DNA of 64,000 bases from Octopus sinensis (taxonomy: Eukaryota), in NCBI RefSeq assembly GCF_006345805.1, contig NC_043001.1, positions 66,650,001-66,714,000 of the forward strand, read 5' to 3'. Shown here in pieces: positions 1 to 13,251 of the stretch. A model generated the notes under the pieces. The model was not told where the DNA came from. It did not search any database and saw only the letters and a program-made list of their open reading frames with translations. The position numbers and the translations under genes are program-made. The stretch's first letter is position 1; every line of letters starts with the position of its first letter.

Positions 1-386
1 ATGTGTGGTGAAGGTTGGAGTGATATAAAACAAATATACACTGCTGTATGTGTAATGTTAGTGTGGAGGGATGAACTGAGAGATAAACTGTGTAAAAGGG
101 GAAACAGTAGAAGCGGGGGGGAAAAATGAACATCGTGTTTGTATGGACATGTGATGTATATGGAGGATGAGAGAGGGATAAAATTAAATTTTAGGATATT
201 CAAGGGAAAGGAAGCTGGAAGAGGAAACCAAGGAAGATATGAACATAATTGGTAAAAGTTGATTTTAGGATTTTGCGCCTGATACAAGAGATGATAAGAA
301 CTTAAAGGATGGCAAAAATACTGTGGGGAAGGATCTATCAAACCCATGCAAGCATGGAAAAATGTACGTAATAATAACGATGAGGA
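1..386 (+). mobile_element. Degraded 3' end of an RTE-clade LINE
   Basis: Decayed GHVMxMEDE / GRGxPRK-like coding remnant, ending in acccatgcaagcatggaaaaatgtacgtaataataacgatgag. This matches the 3' tail of the young RTE at 41468 (acccatgctagcatggagaacggacgttaaacgatgatg). Confidence 0.7.
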
Positions 387-3300
387 ATTTTTATTATTTT
401 CTGTCAATGCTGGGTCACTAATTTCAATGGTATTTTAGTCTACCAGTCAGACATTGACCATAGTGTAAGTGTCTAGTTGCAGAGGATCCTGTCAGGAGAC
501 ACAAGTTAGACAAGCACTCTGCATGCACACACACACACATTTGTGTGTGTGTGTGTGTGTGTGTGTATAGTGCGCCTATTTGACTTATGCTTCTCTTGGC
601 AAGATACTCTACAATTGCAGTCAGCTACATCATGACCTGGTTAGTGAACTAGCAAAACAGTTAAAAAAACAGATGAAGACCACATTAAAGGGGAGCTACG
701 GGAATGTTTCAAGACTTGTTTCACTTTTAAAAAAGGATTGAATAATATATATGAAGGAGAAACACCCTCACAACTACCAGAAGTGAGAAACAATGCACCT
801 AGACTTGTTTTGCCTGAATTGGAAAAGCTGCACATCAGGGATTGGGGTGTATGGTGATCAAAGGATTCAAAATAAAGGAGATAATTATCATTGGATGTAA
901 TGGACAACCATAAGCAAGCAAAGTGTAGCTTGTAGTGGAATGTTTGTGAGTGTGTGTGTGTGTGTGTGTGTAATATAGTGTCTATTGTTCCTTTTGATAT
1001 TTGCTGTTAGCTGCAGTAGGAGGAGGACAAACTCATTAGTCTGTGCATGGTGCATAGAAAATGTTGAACATTCTTTCTGGGCTGACAGTTTAATTCAGCA
1101 CTAAAAGGTCAACCAATGTACAAAGGCAGTGGCGTTCCACCTCTCCTCATTCTCCTTTTGCGTTGCATCTGCTTTCATGCAATTAGTAGAGTGGTGAACA
1201 AAATGCTGTGGTATTTATGTGTTTTTACATTCTGAGTTCAAATCTTACTGAAGCCAACTTTGTTTTTCATCCTTCAATGGTTGACAGAATGAGCACTTTT
1301 CCACTGCTGGGGTCAATAAAATCAACTCTACTTCCTACTACTGTAGGAAACACTGTATCAGGATATTACAGTATCCTCAGATCAAAGACCTGCTTTGAAT
1401 GTTTCTAACTGTATTACAGTTAACCTTTAACCTTGGCTACCTTTGACAGAGTGAACTCTGTTTAAGGTATCCAAAGATCTAGTGTTGAAGTCAGGTGATA
1501 ATCAATAAGTCTATCCTCCACCTGCTTCCCCCCCCCAAAAAAAAACAACAACAAAAAAGTTAAAGACATCTATATAGTTTCTGTCTGTCTGGTTTCACTT
1601 GGACTGCTTGTGTTTACTCAAGATGCTGCACTGTTGAATGGTAACCAGAACTATGTGATTACAAAATAGGTTTCTTAACTACACATTAATGCTTAAACTG
1701 TTGCAGCAATTCTTCTGCGATGTATTAGATGGTGTTTCCTGTTTAATTGCAAACTTACAATAGTTGTTACCAATGTTATTATGTTATGATTAAAGTAACT
1801 TCAGAAACACACTGAAGTAACTACTGTTATTCAAAACTTTAATTCCTACGGTAGTTATTGTTCATGTCCAAACATACCTCTATTGCTATACAGTTTTGTA
1901 TTCTACACATTTTGAATTATACACAAAAGAGCCTAATGTTTGGACATTGCAGACAATTAGCCACAGCTATCAAAAGGTTTCTCTGTGTGTGTGTGTTACT
2001 TAAAGTTTTCAGGTGGGTTACAACTGTTACTTAAGTTTCACCAAGTTGAGTAATATAATAATCAGGATTGTTGTAGTTCAAAAGGACCATTAGGAAGTTC
2101 AACACCTCTAGATCTTTATTCCATTTCAAAACTCTTAAGAATGAATGGCTAGTTCCTGTGATGTACAATATAATGTCATCATTATCATCATACATCTATT
2201 ATTCATGCTAGCATGGGTAAGGTAGTTTCACTTGCTACAATGGATTAAAGGGACATATCATTCTCTGATATTTCATTTTTATGTTGTTTACCCAGCTAGA
2301 TACCCTGCCTAACACCAAGCACATTAGAGAGTGTACTAGGTGCAGTTTTTGTAGCTCCAGCACTGTAAGAGGTTGACCAATGAGATTTATAAATTTGATG
2401 GTAAACATGAAAGTTGTAAACTTTAAGATTGCCTGTTCCATGATTTGGCTACTTTCCTACCAGCTCACTATACACTACACAACACAATACAAAACTGGGT
2501 AGGAAAATCATTTGTGGATTACACATTTATAGTTACAAAATTTCCAAACATCTGGTTGATGATATAAATGAGTCAAATTACAAATTCTGGCAGTAATGTC
2601 TACAATAATTACACTGGCATTGAACCGACATTGTCTCGAGCTCAGTCACACTGTGTGGTACCTTGGGTAAATGTCTCCAATTATAGAGCCAATCACTGAC
2701 ATCCGTAATTCCAGACATTGAGTAGAAACAACTGAGAGAATATGAAAAAACACATGAGAAGCATCACTTTTCCGTTGTCAAGTAGCTCCACTTGCAGCAG
2801 ATGTCATCACTGCTGCAGATCAAGAACAGGCCTTGTAGCCCATAAGTGAGCCTGCTGGAGATGATTACTGAACAAGAACAGTCAATGTCAACTTACAATT
2901 GACAACTGATACACACGCACATGTGTGCACAATAGCTGTCTCTCTGCTTAACAGTTAGTCATCAAAAGGGATGCTTTTACAATAGCTGTTCATAAATATA
3001 GATAAAATATGTGTCCAACTAAAATAAATTCTGGATTTGATTTGATCAGCTAAAATTTTTGAAGGCTATGTCATAGTCCAGTGGCTGAAACCCTTTAAAA
3101 AATAAAAGAATATAAATATTCAAATTTTCATAACCATTATAGTTATCAAAGGAAAAAAAAATTCTTCTAATAACATGCTGGTAAATAGTTGCTAAAAGTA
3201 GGTTGTCTCTTAATATCTCCTCTTTAATGTCAGCAGGTAAATAAAGTAATCAAATAGCCTGGGTTTAAAAGTTTGTATTATTGATTTCTCTGTCTTCTGT

Positions 3301-3648
3301 TGAGTAACATCCTACATTTTATACTTTGATCATTATATTGCTGAGAACCAACTAGAAATCTTTTTGCCAGCCATATTCATCAATTCAATCCATTGACACA
3401 CATTTTATTTAAACTTTAAATAATTCCTGTCATTGTTCCATTGAGGGTATTCCATCATTTTTTATGAAATATCTTGTCACAACCCTTTGTCCTTAGTGAT
3501 TCTCATTCACAATGTATGATTCATATCAGTCACAGGAAATTAAACTTTCGCTAAGAGGCAACGAAATTGATAGACAAAAGAAAATTTCTTTTCTATTGTC
3601 ATTTTTCTTTTGTGTGTGTGTGTGTGTGTATGTGTATACATATGTATA

Positions 3649-3881
3649 TCTACTATATATTTGTGAAAAGGGCGGATGTCTCACAAGCAGTTGTGCTGGC
3701 AAAAGTGTCAGTAAATGTGGTTGGATTGACCTGAAAATTTGCACACCTGTGTTAAAAGTGCTGGGAGTTTGCATGGCAACTTTGAGTTTGCTCAATTGAA
3801 AGGCGTGGCCTCTAGGGCAAAATTCGTCATCTTTAAAATGTGACCTGAGTAGACCTGAATGAAATCGGGTTATAATACTAG
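3649..3881 (+). mobile_element. Short non-autonomous Helitron
   Basis: Starts A|TCTACTATATAT. Ends with subterminal hairpin ACCTGA-atgaaa-TCGGGT (3853-3870) and CTAG at 3878-3881. Confidence 0.65.
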
Positions 3882-5389
3882 TCTATAATATAAATCCTGT
3901 TCTGTCTCTGTGTGTACATGTGTAAAAGATTGTAACGGCCGTATTTTTCTACTGATTTTCTCCAAACTGGGAACATACATTACTTATGTTCCAGAGATGG
4001 TTTTAGACTCTTAAATTTTTTCACATGAGTAATACGCCCCCTGGGAGCTGAAAACACCCATTCCTGGGTTACATTGAGAAGGGAGGTAACTCTTTGCAAA
4101 GTAACTTTCAGAAATTGGTTGTATCTCTTACATCCATTGGTCAAAAAATTATCACAATCTCAATTTGTTCCAAAAAGCAAATTAATGAGCAGCTGCTGCA
4201 GTACCTTCCTAGAAGTCCTCACATCTATCAGTTGATACAATCCCAGATCCAGAAGAGGTAGTAAATTATCCAACAGAATTTCTCAATTCATTGGAGCCTC
4301 CAGGACTAATTCCTCACAGATTGGAACTGAAAGGAAGAACTCCAGTAATGTTATTGAGTTGGGATCCACCAACACTCTGCAATGGGACACACCTAGTGGT
4401 AAAGAAGATGATGCCAAATGTTATTGAGGCCACTATTCTTTCAGAATGTGGAAAAGAGGAGGATGTTTTCATACCCAGAATTCCTCTCATTCCAGTGGGA
4501 GCAGAATTCTTTTTTCACTCTGAAGAGTGCAATTTCCTATTTGTATCATCTTTGCAATGTCTATCAATGAAACCCTGGGTAAAACACTGTCTGCAGTAGA
4601 ACTTCACTTGGAATCTCACACGAGCGATTAAATGTTGGCTGCTCAAGAGTAGGAAACAAAACAAATCCGTTTGCATTTGTTCTACAAGGGAAAACAAAGA
4701 ATATTGTTTACTAAGAGGTTTTGTTGGAATTACTACATCCTATGATGCACTCCAGTATCCACTGATCTATGTGAATGGTGAAGATGGATACTCTTTCAGC
4801 ATAATACCAACAAAGCAGTTTCTTGCATAGACTTCAATATCAAAGCATATTATCCAATTACTCCCACCAATGACGCTGTAAGCCATTACACCTAATTTTT
4901 TCAAGTAATTCATTACTATATATTCTCATGTGACTGCATAGGCTCAGTTTATGTTTCTTATTCTACAGCCACACCAGCAATCCCATGTCAACTCTTTGCC
5001 TTCTACAACATTTCAACAGTTTGCTTCCCTGTTGCCATTTCCCATTGCAGCCTCTTTCTGGAGTATACCTCTTTCCGTACAATATTACACCTACATTCAT
5101 TCGACTGTCAACTATACAATGGGTCATGTTAGATCACTGCAAAGGAGAGTATATCCACTGACAGATTTTCAGTGCATTCAAAAATCACATGCACCCCACC
5201 CTCAATTTTTCATGACAGGTTAGGAATCCTCCAACCAGATGCATGACATGTCATTTAGTCGAATTAGCCCATCATTTACTTCATAAGTGTTTTGTCATCA
5301 ATGCTGCACTTTCCATATCACGTTTCAACATAACTGTAGTATACAAACTATATCATTTTAACCCCGAGCAATGCCGGGTATCTCTGTTA

Positions 5390-5390
<1 letters not shown>
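3882..5390 (+). mobile_element. Internally deleted Helitron carrying PIF1-type helicase and Rep-side fragments
   Basis: 5' TCTATAATATAAAT. Helicase C-terminal motifs at about 4180-4723 (VNYPTEFLNSLEPPGLIPHRLELK..LCNGTHLVVKKMMPNVIEATIL..VFIPRIPLIP; FAMSINETLGKTL; KTKNIVY*EVL). SYDALQYPLIYVNGEDGY at 4738-4791. 3' hairpin cccgagcaatgccggg (about 5363-5378), then TTAG|T. Confidence 0.85.
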
Positions 5391-5471
<81 letters not shown>

Positions 5472-5474
5472 ATG

Positions 5475-7581
5475 TAAGATTGAAAAGATATTTGCATTGC
5501 ATTGAGGAAATAAATGGTGGTGGAACAAGGAGGTGAGGGATGTGATAGCAAAGAAGAAGGAGGTGCTTTGTGTAATAATAGGACTGAGCAAATGAAAGTC
5601 AGGTATAATAACATGAAGAATCATGTAAAGAGGATGATTGCAAGATCTATGAGGAAGTAGGTTGAGGAGAGGTTGAGTGGGCTGGATTAGAACCCAGACA
5701 GAATGTTTAGGGTTATTAAATCAATGAAAATGATGGAAGAGATGTTGAGGGAGGAAGATGCATGAGGGGGGAGTGATGGAAGGTTGAATTTTAGTGAGTA
5801 GGACAGGGGAAGAGTTTGGAAGGAGCATATGAAGGGAATTATGAATGAAGAGAATGAATGGGATCAGAGGGTGGAAGTTGCTGTGGTGAAGGGGCCAGTG
5901 GAGAGGGTTAGTTGGGAAGAAGTAGTGGAGGCAATGAAGGAAAGGAAAATGGAAAAAGGTAGCTGGTCCATCAGAAGTAAGTGTGGAAATGATAACTGCA
6001 AGTGGAGAGATAGGGATTCTTGTGATGATGGAGCTCTGCCAGGGCATGCTGGATGGAAGAGGAATGCCAGATGATTGGACACTAAATGTGGTGGTACTGA
6101 TCTTAATGAGGAAGGGGGAATCGATGAGTTGTGGGGCATATAGAGGAGTGAAGTTATTGGAATATGCAATGAAGATAGTGAAAAGGGTATTGGAGAGGAG
6201 AATTTGGAAAGGGGTGGATGAGGTGCAATTTGATTTTATGCCAGGAAGGGGAACAATAGATGAAGTGTTCATTGTAAGGAGATTGCAGGAGGAATACTGA
6301 AATAAAGGGAAGGAATTCTACATGTGCTTTGTTGATCTGGAGAAGGCATTTGATAGGGTTCCAAGGAAGGTGAGTGAGTGGGCATTGAGGAAGAGAGGTG
6401 TACCAGAGGTAATAGTGAGAGCAGTGATGAGTTTGTATGAGGGAGTAAAGAGTGAGAATTGGATCAGAGCTGTTGGCGGAGTTTGTGGTGAAAGTTGGTG
6501 TGCATCAGAGATCTGTGTTGTCACCATTGTTATTTGCAATAGTGGTTGATGTGGTGACGGAGAGTGCAAGAGAGGGACTGTTAATGGGGATACTGTATGC
6601 AGACGACCTTGTTCTGATGAGTGAGATGACGGAGGGATTGAGAGAGAAGTTTTGGAAATGGAAGGAGGAGTTTGAAAGCAAGGGTTTGAAGGTAAACCTC
6701 GGGAAGATAAAAGTTATGGTGTGTGGAGTGGAAGGAGAAGTCTTAGTAAGGTGGATTCATGTGGTGTATGTGGGAGGAGGGTAGTGGAAAATGCAGTGTT
6801 GAGTATGAGTTGTGAGAAATGGATTCATGGTAGATGTACAAAAATGAAGAAGGTAACCCCAGACTGGCAAGAGAGTTTGTTTGTGGAAGAGGTGAGAAAG
6901 GAGCTGGAGGGCTGGCGAAGTCAGTGGAAACACTATGTGACAAGGTGGAGATGGTGAGAGGGTTTTGTTATTTGGGAGATAGAGTGGATGTAAGTGGTGG
7001 ATGTGAAGCAGCTGTGACAGCAAGAGTGAGACTTGACTGGGTGAAGTTCAGGGAATGTGGAGCGTTATTATATGGGTAAAGGTTCTCATTGAAGATGAAA
7101 GGAAAGGTCTATAGGAGTTGTGTGAGAGATGCAATGCTGTATGGGAGTGAGACATGGTGTTTAAGGGAGAGAGAGAGATGGCAATTTTGAGAAGGACTGA
7201 GAGAGCAATGGGGAGAGAAATGTGTGGGGTGAAGCTGTTTGATAAGAGGAGAACTGAGGACTTGATGAGGATGCTAGGGTTGGAGGATTCAGTGGAATGA
7301 CTGGCAAATGTGAATGAAGTGTGGTGGTATGAGCATGTGTTGAGGAGCAGGTTCTGAAGAGAGTGCTAGAGTTCGAAGTAAATAGACAGCAAAAGCGAAG
7401 TAGACTGAGGAAAATGTGGAGGGGACAGATGGAGGAGATTGGGAGGATTGGCTTGAGAAGGAAGGATGCCCAGAACTGGGCAAAATAGCGAGATGGTTGC
7501 TATGACATTGAAATAGATCCAGCCACCCTCGTTAATGAGGACAAAACTCAGATTCAAAATGGTGGAGGATGATGATGATGG
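5475..7581 (+). mobile_element. Degraded RTE-clade LINE (RT with frameshifts), second family
   Basis: Fragments [62 protein letters not shown]. Ends in (GAT)n at 7567-7581. Confidence 0.93.
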
Positions 7582-7767
7582 GAACCAGACCACATATCTT
7601 CTGTAAACCACATAGCCATGCTTACACACACACACACACACACACACATAAAAGATGGAAAAAAATATTTGTGGAATGCTTCTAAGAATTAGACCTCGTG
7701 TCTACTGTGAACCATATAGCCAGGCTTGTATACAACACACACACACGCTCTCTCTCTCTCTCTCTCA

Positions 7768-7810
<43 letters not shown>

Positions 7811-8488
7811 ATGTTTCATGCTAGCATGGACAATGGATGTTAAATGATGATATGTATGTTTCTCTTTGGAAACTGTAACAAAGAAAAAGATATTAGGCTT
7901 ATATGTGTGTGTGCATATGCATATTTTCTTGTTTTGCTTATGTTTTTGTAACAACAACCTAAATATATTTTATAGCCTTGATATTGGTAATGAATTCTAG
8001 TTAGTTCTGCTGCTGGCGTAAACTTGTGACACACAGGTCACTGATTGAATGATATATCCAGTTGGTGCTTTAACCATAACCAAACTATGTCTATGGAGGC
8101 AGCAGACTGTCCTACGTCTTAAGGACTTTAAATATGAAAAGCACATCACTAAACAGGCAGAGAGTTTGTTAAAAGTTGTTGCTACTTAAATCCAAGTTAG
8201 TTCTGAATGATCTATAATCAATGGTCTATAATCAAAAGCATTCCAGTTGTGACCATTCTGTCTTCTTTTCCATGCTGTTAAACAGTGTGTTCTTTTTTAC
8301 CGTTTAATTTTTTTTTAAAGATTATAAAGTGTAATTTGGTGGAGATTTGGCTGCTATTTGTAGCTGGTCAATCAACAATGTAGATTTATTAGATTGACCT
8401 TCACTGGTTCAAGTTTAAGGGAGATTTAGCTATTACATTCAGCAGATCTACTGAGCAGATAGAATTTTTACAGTTGTTTTTTTCTAAG

Positions 8489-9068
8489 ATGTATAAATGA
8501 AGGCATCTTAGAATTCCTTAGTTCAAAAAAGACCCTGGAAGACACTTGTGATCATTCCAAGAAAGTGCTTTTATATAACAATAACCAGCTGATAACAATA
8601 TGCAGAGGATATAACTATTTCTTGGTCATGTTCGGAACCCACTAATTTTGATAGCAATAACCAGTTTACATTAAACACTTGCCATGGTAGTTTCTGTGAG
8701 GTAATTTATTTTTAAGTAGACTTATAATGAAATTGAAGATATATTCTTTGGAAATTTTGCTATTTATTTTATTCTTTCAATGATATATTTTAGACTGGAA
8801 AAAATTCCTACTTTGCAATTTTAGGTTAGTCTGGACTATGACCAAAGATAAATGGCTATATAAACTTTGATAACATTGATAATAGTGATAGCTTTGTTGG
8901 AAAGTCTAGTAAAGATGTTTTGTATGTTCACTGTATTTATTTATTTTAGAGGACTACCCTGGTTCTTCTACGTTAGTTGAATGTCTTGATACATGTTTAA
9001 CAAGGTCTGCAATGTTTAATGAGTTGACTAAGGAATGCCAGCTATTTCATCAAAAACCTCTATATTAA
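8489..9068 (+). pseudogene. Cluster of exon-like segments encoding C-type-lectin-like and PAN/apple-like sequence, partly disabled
   Basis: 8606-8700 EDITISWSCSEPTNFDSNNQFTLNTCHGSFCE|gtaatt. 8794 onward TGKNSYFAILG*SGL* (the TAG sits at the Trp of a WIGL-like motif). 8950-9068 ttttag|EDYPGSSTLVECLDTCLTRSAMFNELTKECQLFHQKPLY* (PAN-like C-x3-C...F-x6-C-x-L). Domain calls are by eye only. Confidence 0.45.
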
Positions 9069-10230
9069 ACAGTTGTCTGTTTGAAAAATAAATGGAACTT
9101 GGTTTTGTTTGACATAATTAGATAGATTGTAGTTGATCTAAACAAAACTTTGATTGTTTTCAGTTTGTTCAATGCTAGTTGATAATATAACCAGTTCCTA
9201 GTAAAGTAGAAATGACAAATAAATTTGCTCAACTCTCATTGGTGGAAAACAATTTACAAGAATTTTAGACATTTTCTATACTGCTACCATATTTGAGGTG
9301 TCCTTTTTCAACTTTCTGTAGAAAGATAGCAGACCAGCATCCAAATAGAAACAACATAAGTTGCTCTATTTACTGATTCACCAAGTATATAAAATTTTCA
9401 GCCCATACCTAGATTATCTATATATTTTATCCATAACTTCACCCCATAACTATACATAATTATCTATATATTTCTTTTTAACACACACACACACACACAT
9501 TTGTATATAGGTATAGGTACAGTGGGGTCTTGTATATAGGCACTGTGGAACTGCAGCACCTCCTATTTCCACTCGATATTATCAATAACCTTCAATATAA
9601 TGAGTCCTTTTTTAGTTCTTTCTTTATACTTGTAGATTAAATAATCCTTAAGCTTAATGTCAGTAGCCATCCCCTAGTTTATGAAAAAAATACAAAAATC
9701 CTTGTATAGAACTGTGCGTTTCACAGTTCCAGCAATGTGGTGTTTGGTTGTTGTGCGCATGCACACATGTCTGAGATAGGACGCTTCACATTAGCGAGAG
9801 ACAGCACTGTCGTTCACGCAGTGCTGGTGAAAGGTAGTTTCTTTTTGACTCTGCATGTGTTGTACTTAAAAAAGTGTTTATATTCTTGAATGTGATAAAG
9901 TGTAGAATTAGATTATTATCCTGCTTCCAGCTTCACTGTGATTTAGTGGGGATTTTTGAAAAACAAGGAATTTGCGACTGTGTTCAGTGAGCAAATTGAA
10001 CACACTACCCAGCTGTGGCTAAAACACAAACTGATCAAGTTTATGTATAAATATTCTTTTTATATGTCTGTTTTTTTTTACACAATATTAAAACAATGGC
10101 TACAAATTTTCTAAAGCAGCACCCTCACTAATTTTATCTACAAGCAGCCACTGCATAGGTATGACTGTGTGGTTAAGAAGTGTACTTCCTAATCTGTAGT
10201 CTTGGGTGTAATTCCACTGTGTGGACGTCA

Positions 10231-10453
10231 CTGTATCCTCTTTGCCTTGTTTATTGATCTGAAAGTTTTCTTAATGGCAGACCATAATATCACATGGTTT
10301 TGTCCTCAATGTTATTTCACACCTAAAAGTTACATGGACTTCAATGAGAAGGCCAGATTTCCTTGGAAACAAGCAGTTGAAGTTTCACCTTCAAATAATT
10401 CTGCACACTTTGAACTATGTGTTGTTGCAGAATCTTGGAAAGATATAAATTGA
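10231..10453 (+). pseudogene. C-type-lectin-like exon, copy 1 of a tandem duplication, truncated by a SINE
   Basis: Open frame LKVFLMADHNITWFCPQCYF...FPWKQ..PSNN..ELCVVAESWKDIN*. W-x-D-x-x-(C) is the CTLD C-terminal motif, and the expected Cys codon reads TG|A at the SINE junction. Confidence 0.45.
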
Positions 10454-10830
10454 AAGCAGTGAGCTGACAGAATCATGAGAACATTGGAAAAAATGTTTTG
10501 CTGTATTTGTTCTGGTTCTTTATATTCCGAGTTCAAACACCCTATGGTCAGATTCAACTCTCATCCCTCTGGGGTTTATAAAGTAAAGTGCCAGTGTCTT
10601 CTTCTATAACCCTGGGTTGACCAAAATCTTGTGTGTGTGTGTGTGTATTTGTATCCATAACTTGATAGCAGGTAATGGTTGTAAGCCAGCATCACCTTCA
10701 TATGAACAATGTTCTTTGTGAAATCTTCCCATGTTTGGCCATGGCAACAGAGAGGGCATGTGGCTGTAGAAAATCCACCTTAACAAATTCTGTCTACAAG
10801 CTTCAAAATGTGGAAGTTAGATGATGATGA
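10453..10830 (+). mobile_element. SINE (aaggcggtgagctggcagaatc-type head, LINE-like (GAT)n tail)
   Basis: Same head at 19058, 47465 and 12023. Tail ends gatgatgatgatgat at about 10820-10833. Confidence 0.7.
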
Positions 10831-10835
10831 TGATA

Positions 10836-10868
<33 letters not shown>

Positions 10869-11711
10869 TTCCTTGATAAAATTTCTCCCAGGTGTTACTT
10901 ATTACAATTTGTCTTGGTCTAACAGTCCTTAATGTTTGTCTTTGTCGATTGTTTACTCTGTACAGCCACTCTGTCATTGTTTGTTCGAAGCTCTGACTCT
11001 CCATGAATTTTATATTCTTAAAATTTCTGGACGATGCTGTCATATGAAGTAGAAGTAATAAACAGTCCAACAAATGATGAGGAGTTATCTTCTTTTGGTA
11101 TTTTGTCTTATACTTTTCTCTTGTGCTTTCATGTATTTATCACTCCTTGGTGATATCCTGTACTTATTGTGTATGTTTTTGCTGTTTTGTCCTGTACTTA
11201 TCTTGTGTGTGTTTACATATTTTTCACTCAATAGTGATGTCCTGTACACAGTGTGTATGTTTCATTTTACTTGTTTATATGTGTGTGTGTGTAACCCGCT
11301 GGCTATCTATTTCTTGTGTGGTCAAGAAACCACCTGTCTTCAACATACAATATATATCCATGACACATTTTAGTTCCTTTGTTCAGGTTTATAATTATGA
11401 AGTCAATGTAAACACTTTTTGATTATCCTTTTTTTTTTGAAGTCCTATAATATGTTTGCCTTTCATTATAATGTAATATATGATTACTTTTCAACATGAA
11501 ATTGTATGTATGTGGGTGTTGTTGTGATGTGAGGTTGTTGTTGGTGTGTGTAAGTGTGAGGGGAGAGTATTTGCTATGTGTTAATATGTAGCATGTCTAT
11601 GTATGTGGTGTGTGTGTGTGTATACACACACATGCATATACACATAAAGAGGGTTTGTCAGCTAAATTGGGTGTGAAAATAAGATACATGAAAAGTTAGA
11701 AATATGAAACT

Positions 11712-12023
11712 TTGTGTAGTTATTATATCATAAGGCACAATATTACTAAATATGTCCACAATTCAATAGAAATAATTAAGTATGGATGTTGCTGTATCCT
11801 CTTTGCCTTGTTTATTGATTTGAAAGTTTTCTTAATGGCAGACCATAATATCACATGGCTTTGTCCTCAATGTTATTTCACACCTAAAAGTTACATGGAC
11901 TTCAATTTAGTGAATGAGAAGGCCAGATTTCCTTGGAAACAAGCAGTTGAAGTTTCACCTTCAAATAATCCTGCACACTTTGAACTATGTGTTGTTGCAG
12001 AATCTTGGAAAGATATAAATTGA
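11712..12023 (+). pseudogene. C-type-lectin-like exon, copy 2 (103-codon open frame)
   Basis: 11792-12071 is a near-identical copy of 10231-10501 plus an in-frame 9-bp indel (TTAGTGAAT, LVN). Same W-x-C and CV...WKDIN* motifs. Confidence 0.45.
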
Positions 12024-12133
12024 AAGCAGTGAGCTGATCGAATCATGAGAACATTGGGGAAAATGTTTTGCAGCATGTATCAGTCAGTACTGAAGTTGAT
12101 GGTGTCAAGTACTGTCCTTGCCCTCAAAATATG

Positions 12134-12191
<58 letters not shown>

Positions 12192-12352
12192 CATACATAT
12201 ATATATATAGCGGTAAGCTATATATGAAAATAGACAAAAGACGAAGGCAGGTTTACGGAAATAAACAAAAGACGAAGGCAGGTGGAATACAAACAAACAA
12301 TTGTATTAGTATGGCGCTCAGGAAATATATACATACATATATATATACATAC

Positions 12353-12391
<39 letters not shown>

Positions 12392-12409
12392 CATATATAT
12401 ATATATACA

Positions 12410-12683
12410 TCACGTGATATCGTGTGACCGACCAGACCATAAGATGTTGTTACACATCCCTGGTCACAATGCGTTCGCATTGTTTTAGCCTTCAAATGAT
12501 GCCACCCTGCTGGCTAAGCGAGCAGGCCAACAGAAGAAAGGGTGAAAGAGTACAGCAGGGATCATCTCACCCCCTGCCGGACCCTCGCTCAATAAACACT
12601 CACCACGCCCGGTCTGGGAATCGAAACCGCGATCCTATGACCGCGAGCCCGCTGCCCTAACCACTGGGCCATTGCGCCTCCAC
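12410..12683 (-). mobile_element. tRNA-derived SINE
   Basis: Minus strand begins ggaggcgcaatggcccagtggttaggg (box A) ... ggtttcgattccc (box B), then a non-tRNA body. Confidence 0.8.
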
Positions 12684-12685
12684 AT

Positions 12686-13165
<480 letters not shown>

Positions 13166-13251
13166 GTTAATCCAAACAAGAAAACAAAAAGACAACAACG
13201 CAAGGACGTGGAACAAATAAAGTATTATTGGATGCTAAGGGAAGAAGGAGG

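Noticed and set aside
10780-11073. 97-aa minus-strand ORF (MTASSRNFKNIKF...)
   Set aside because: No recognisable motif, runs into (TA)n, no convincing splice pair; may be a repeat terminus.
12620-12683. tRNA-like sequence (also at the heads of SINEs at 31818, 50186 and 50457)
   Set aside because: Box A/B present, but no complete cloverleaf, and each continues into a SINE body.
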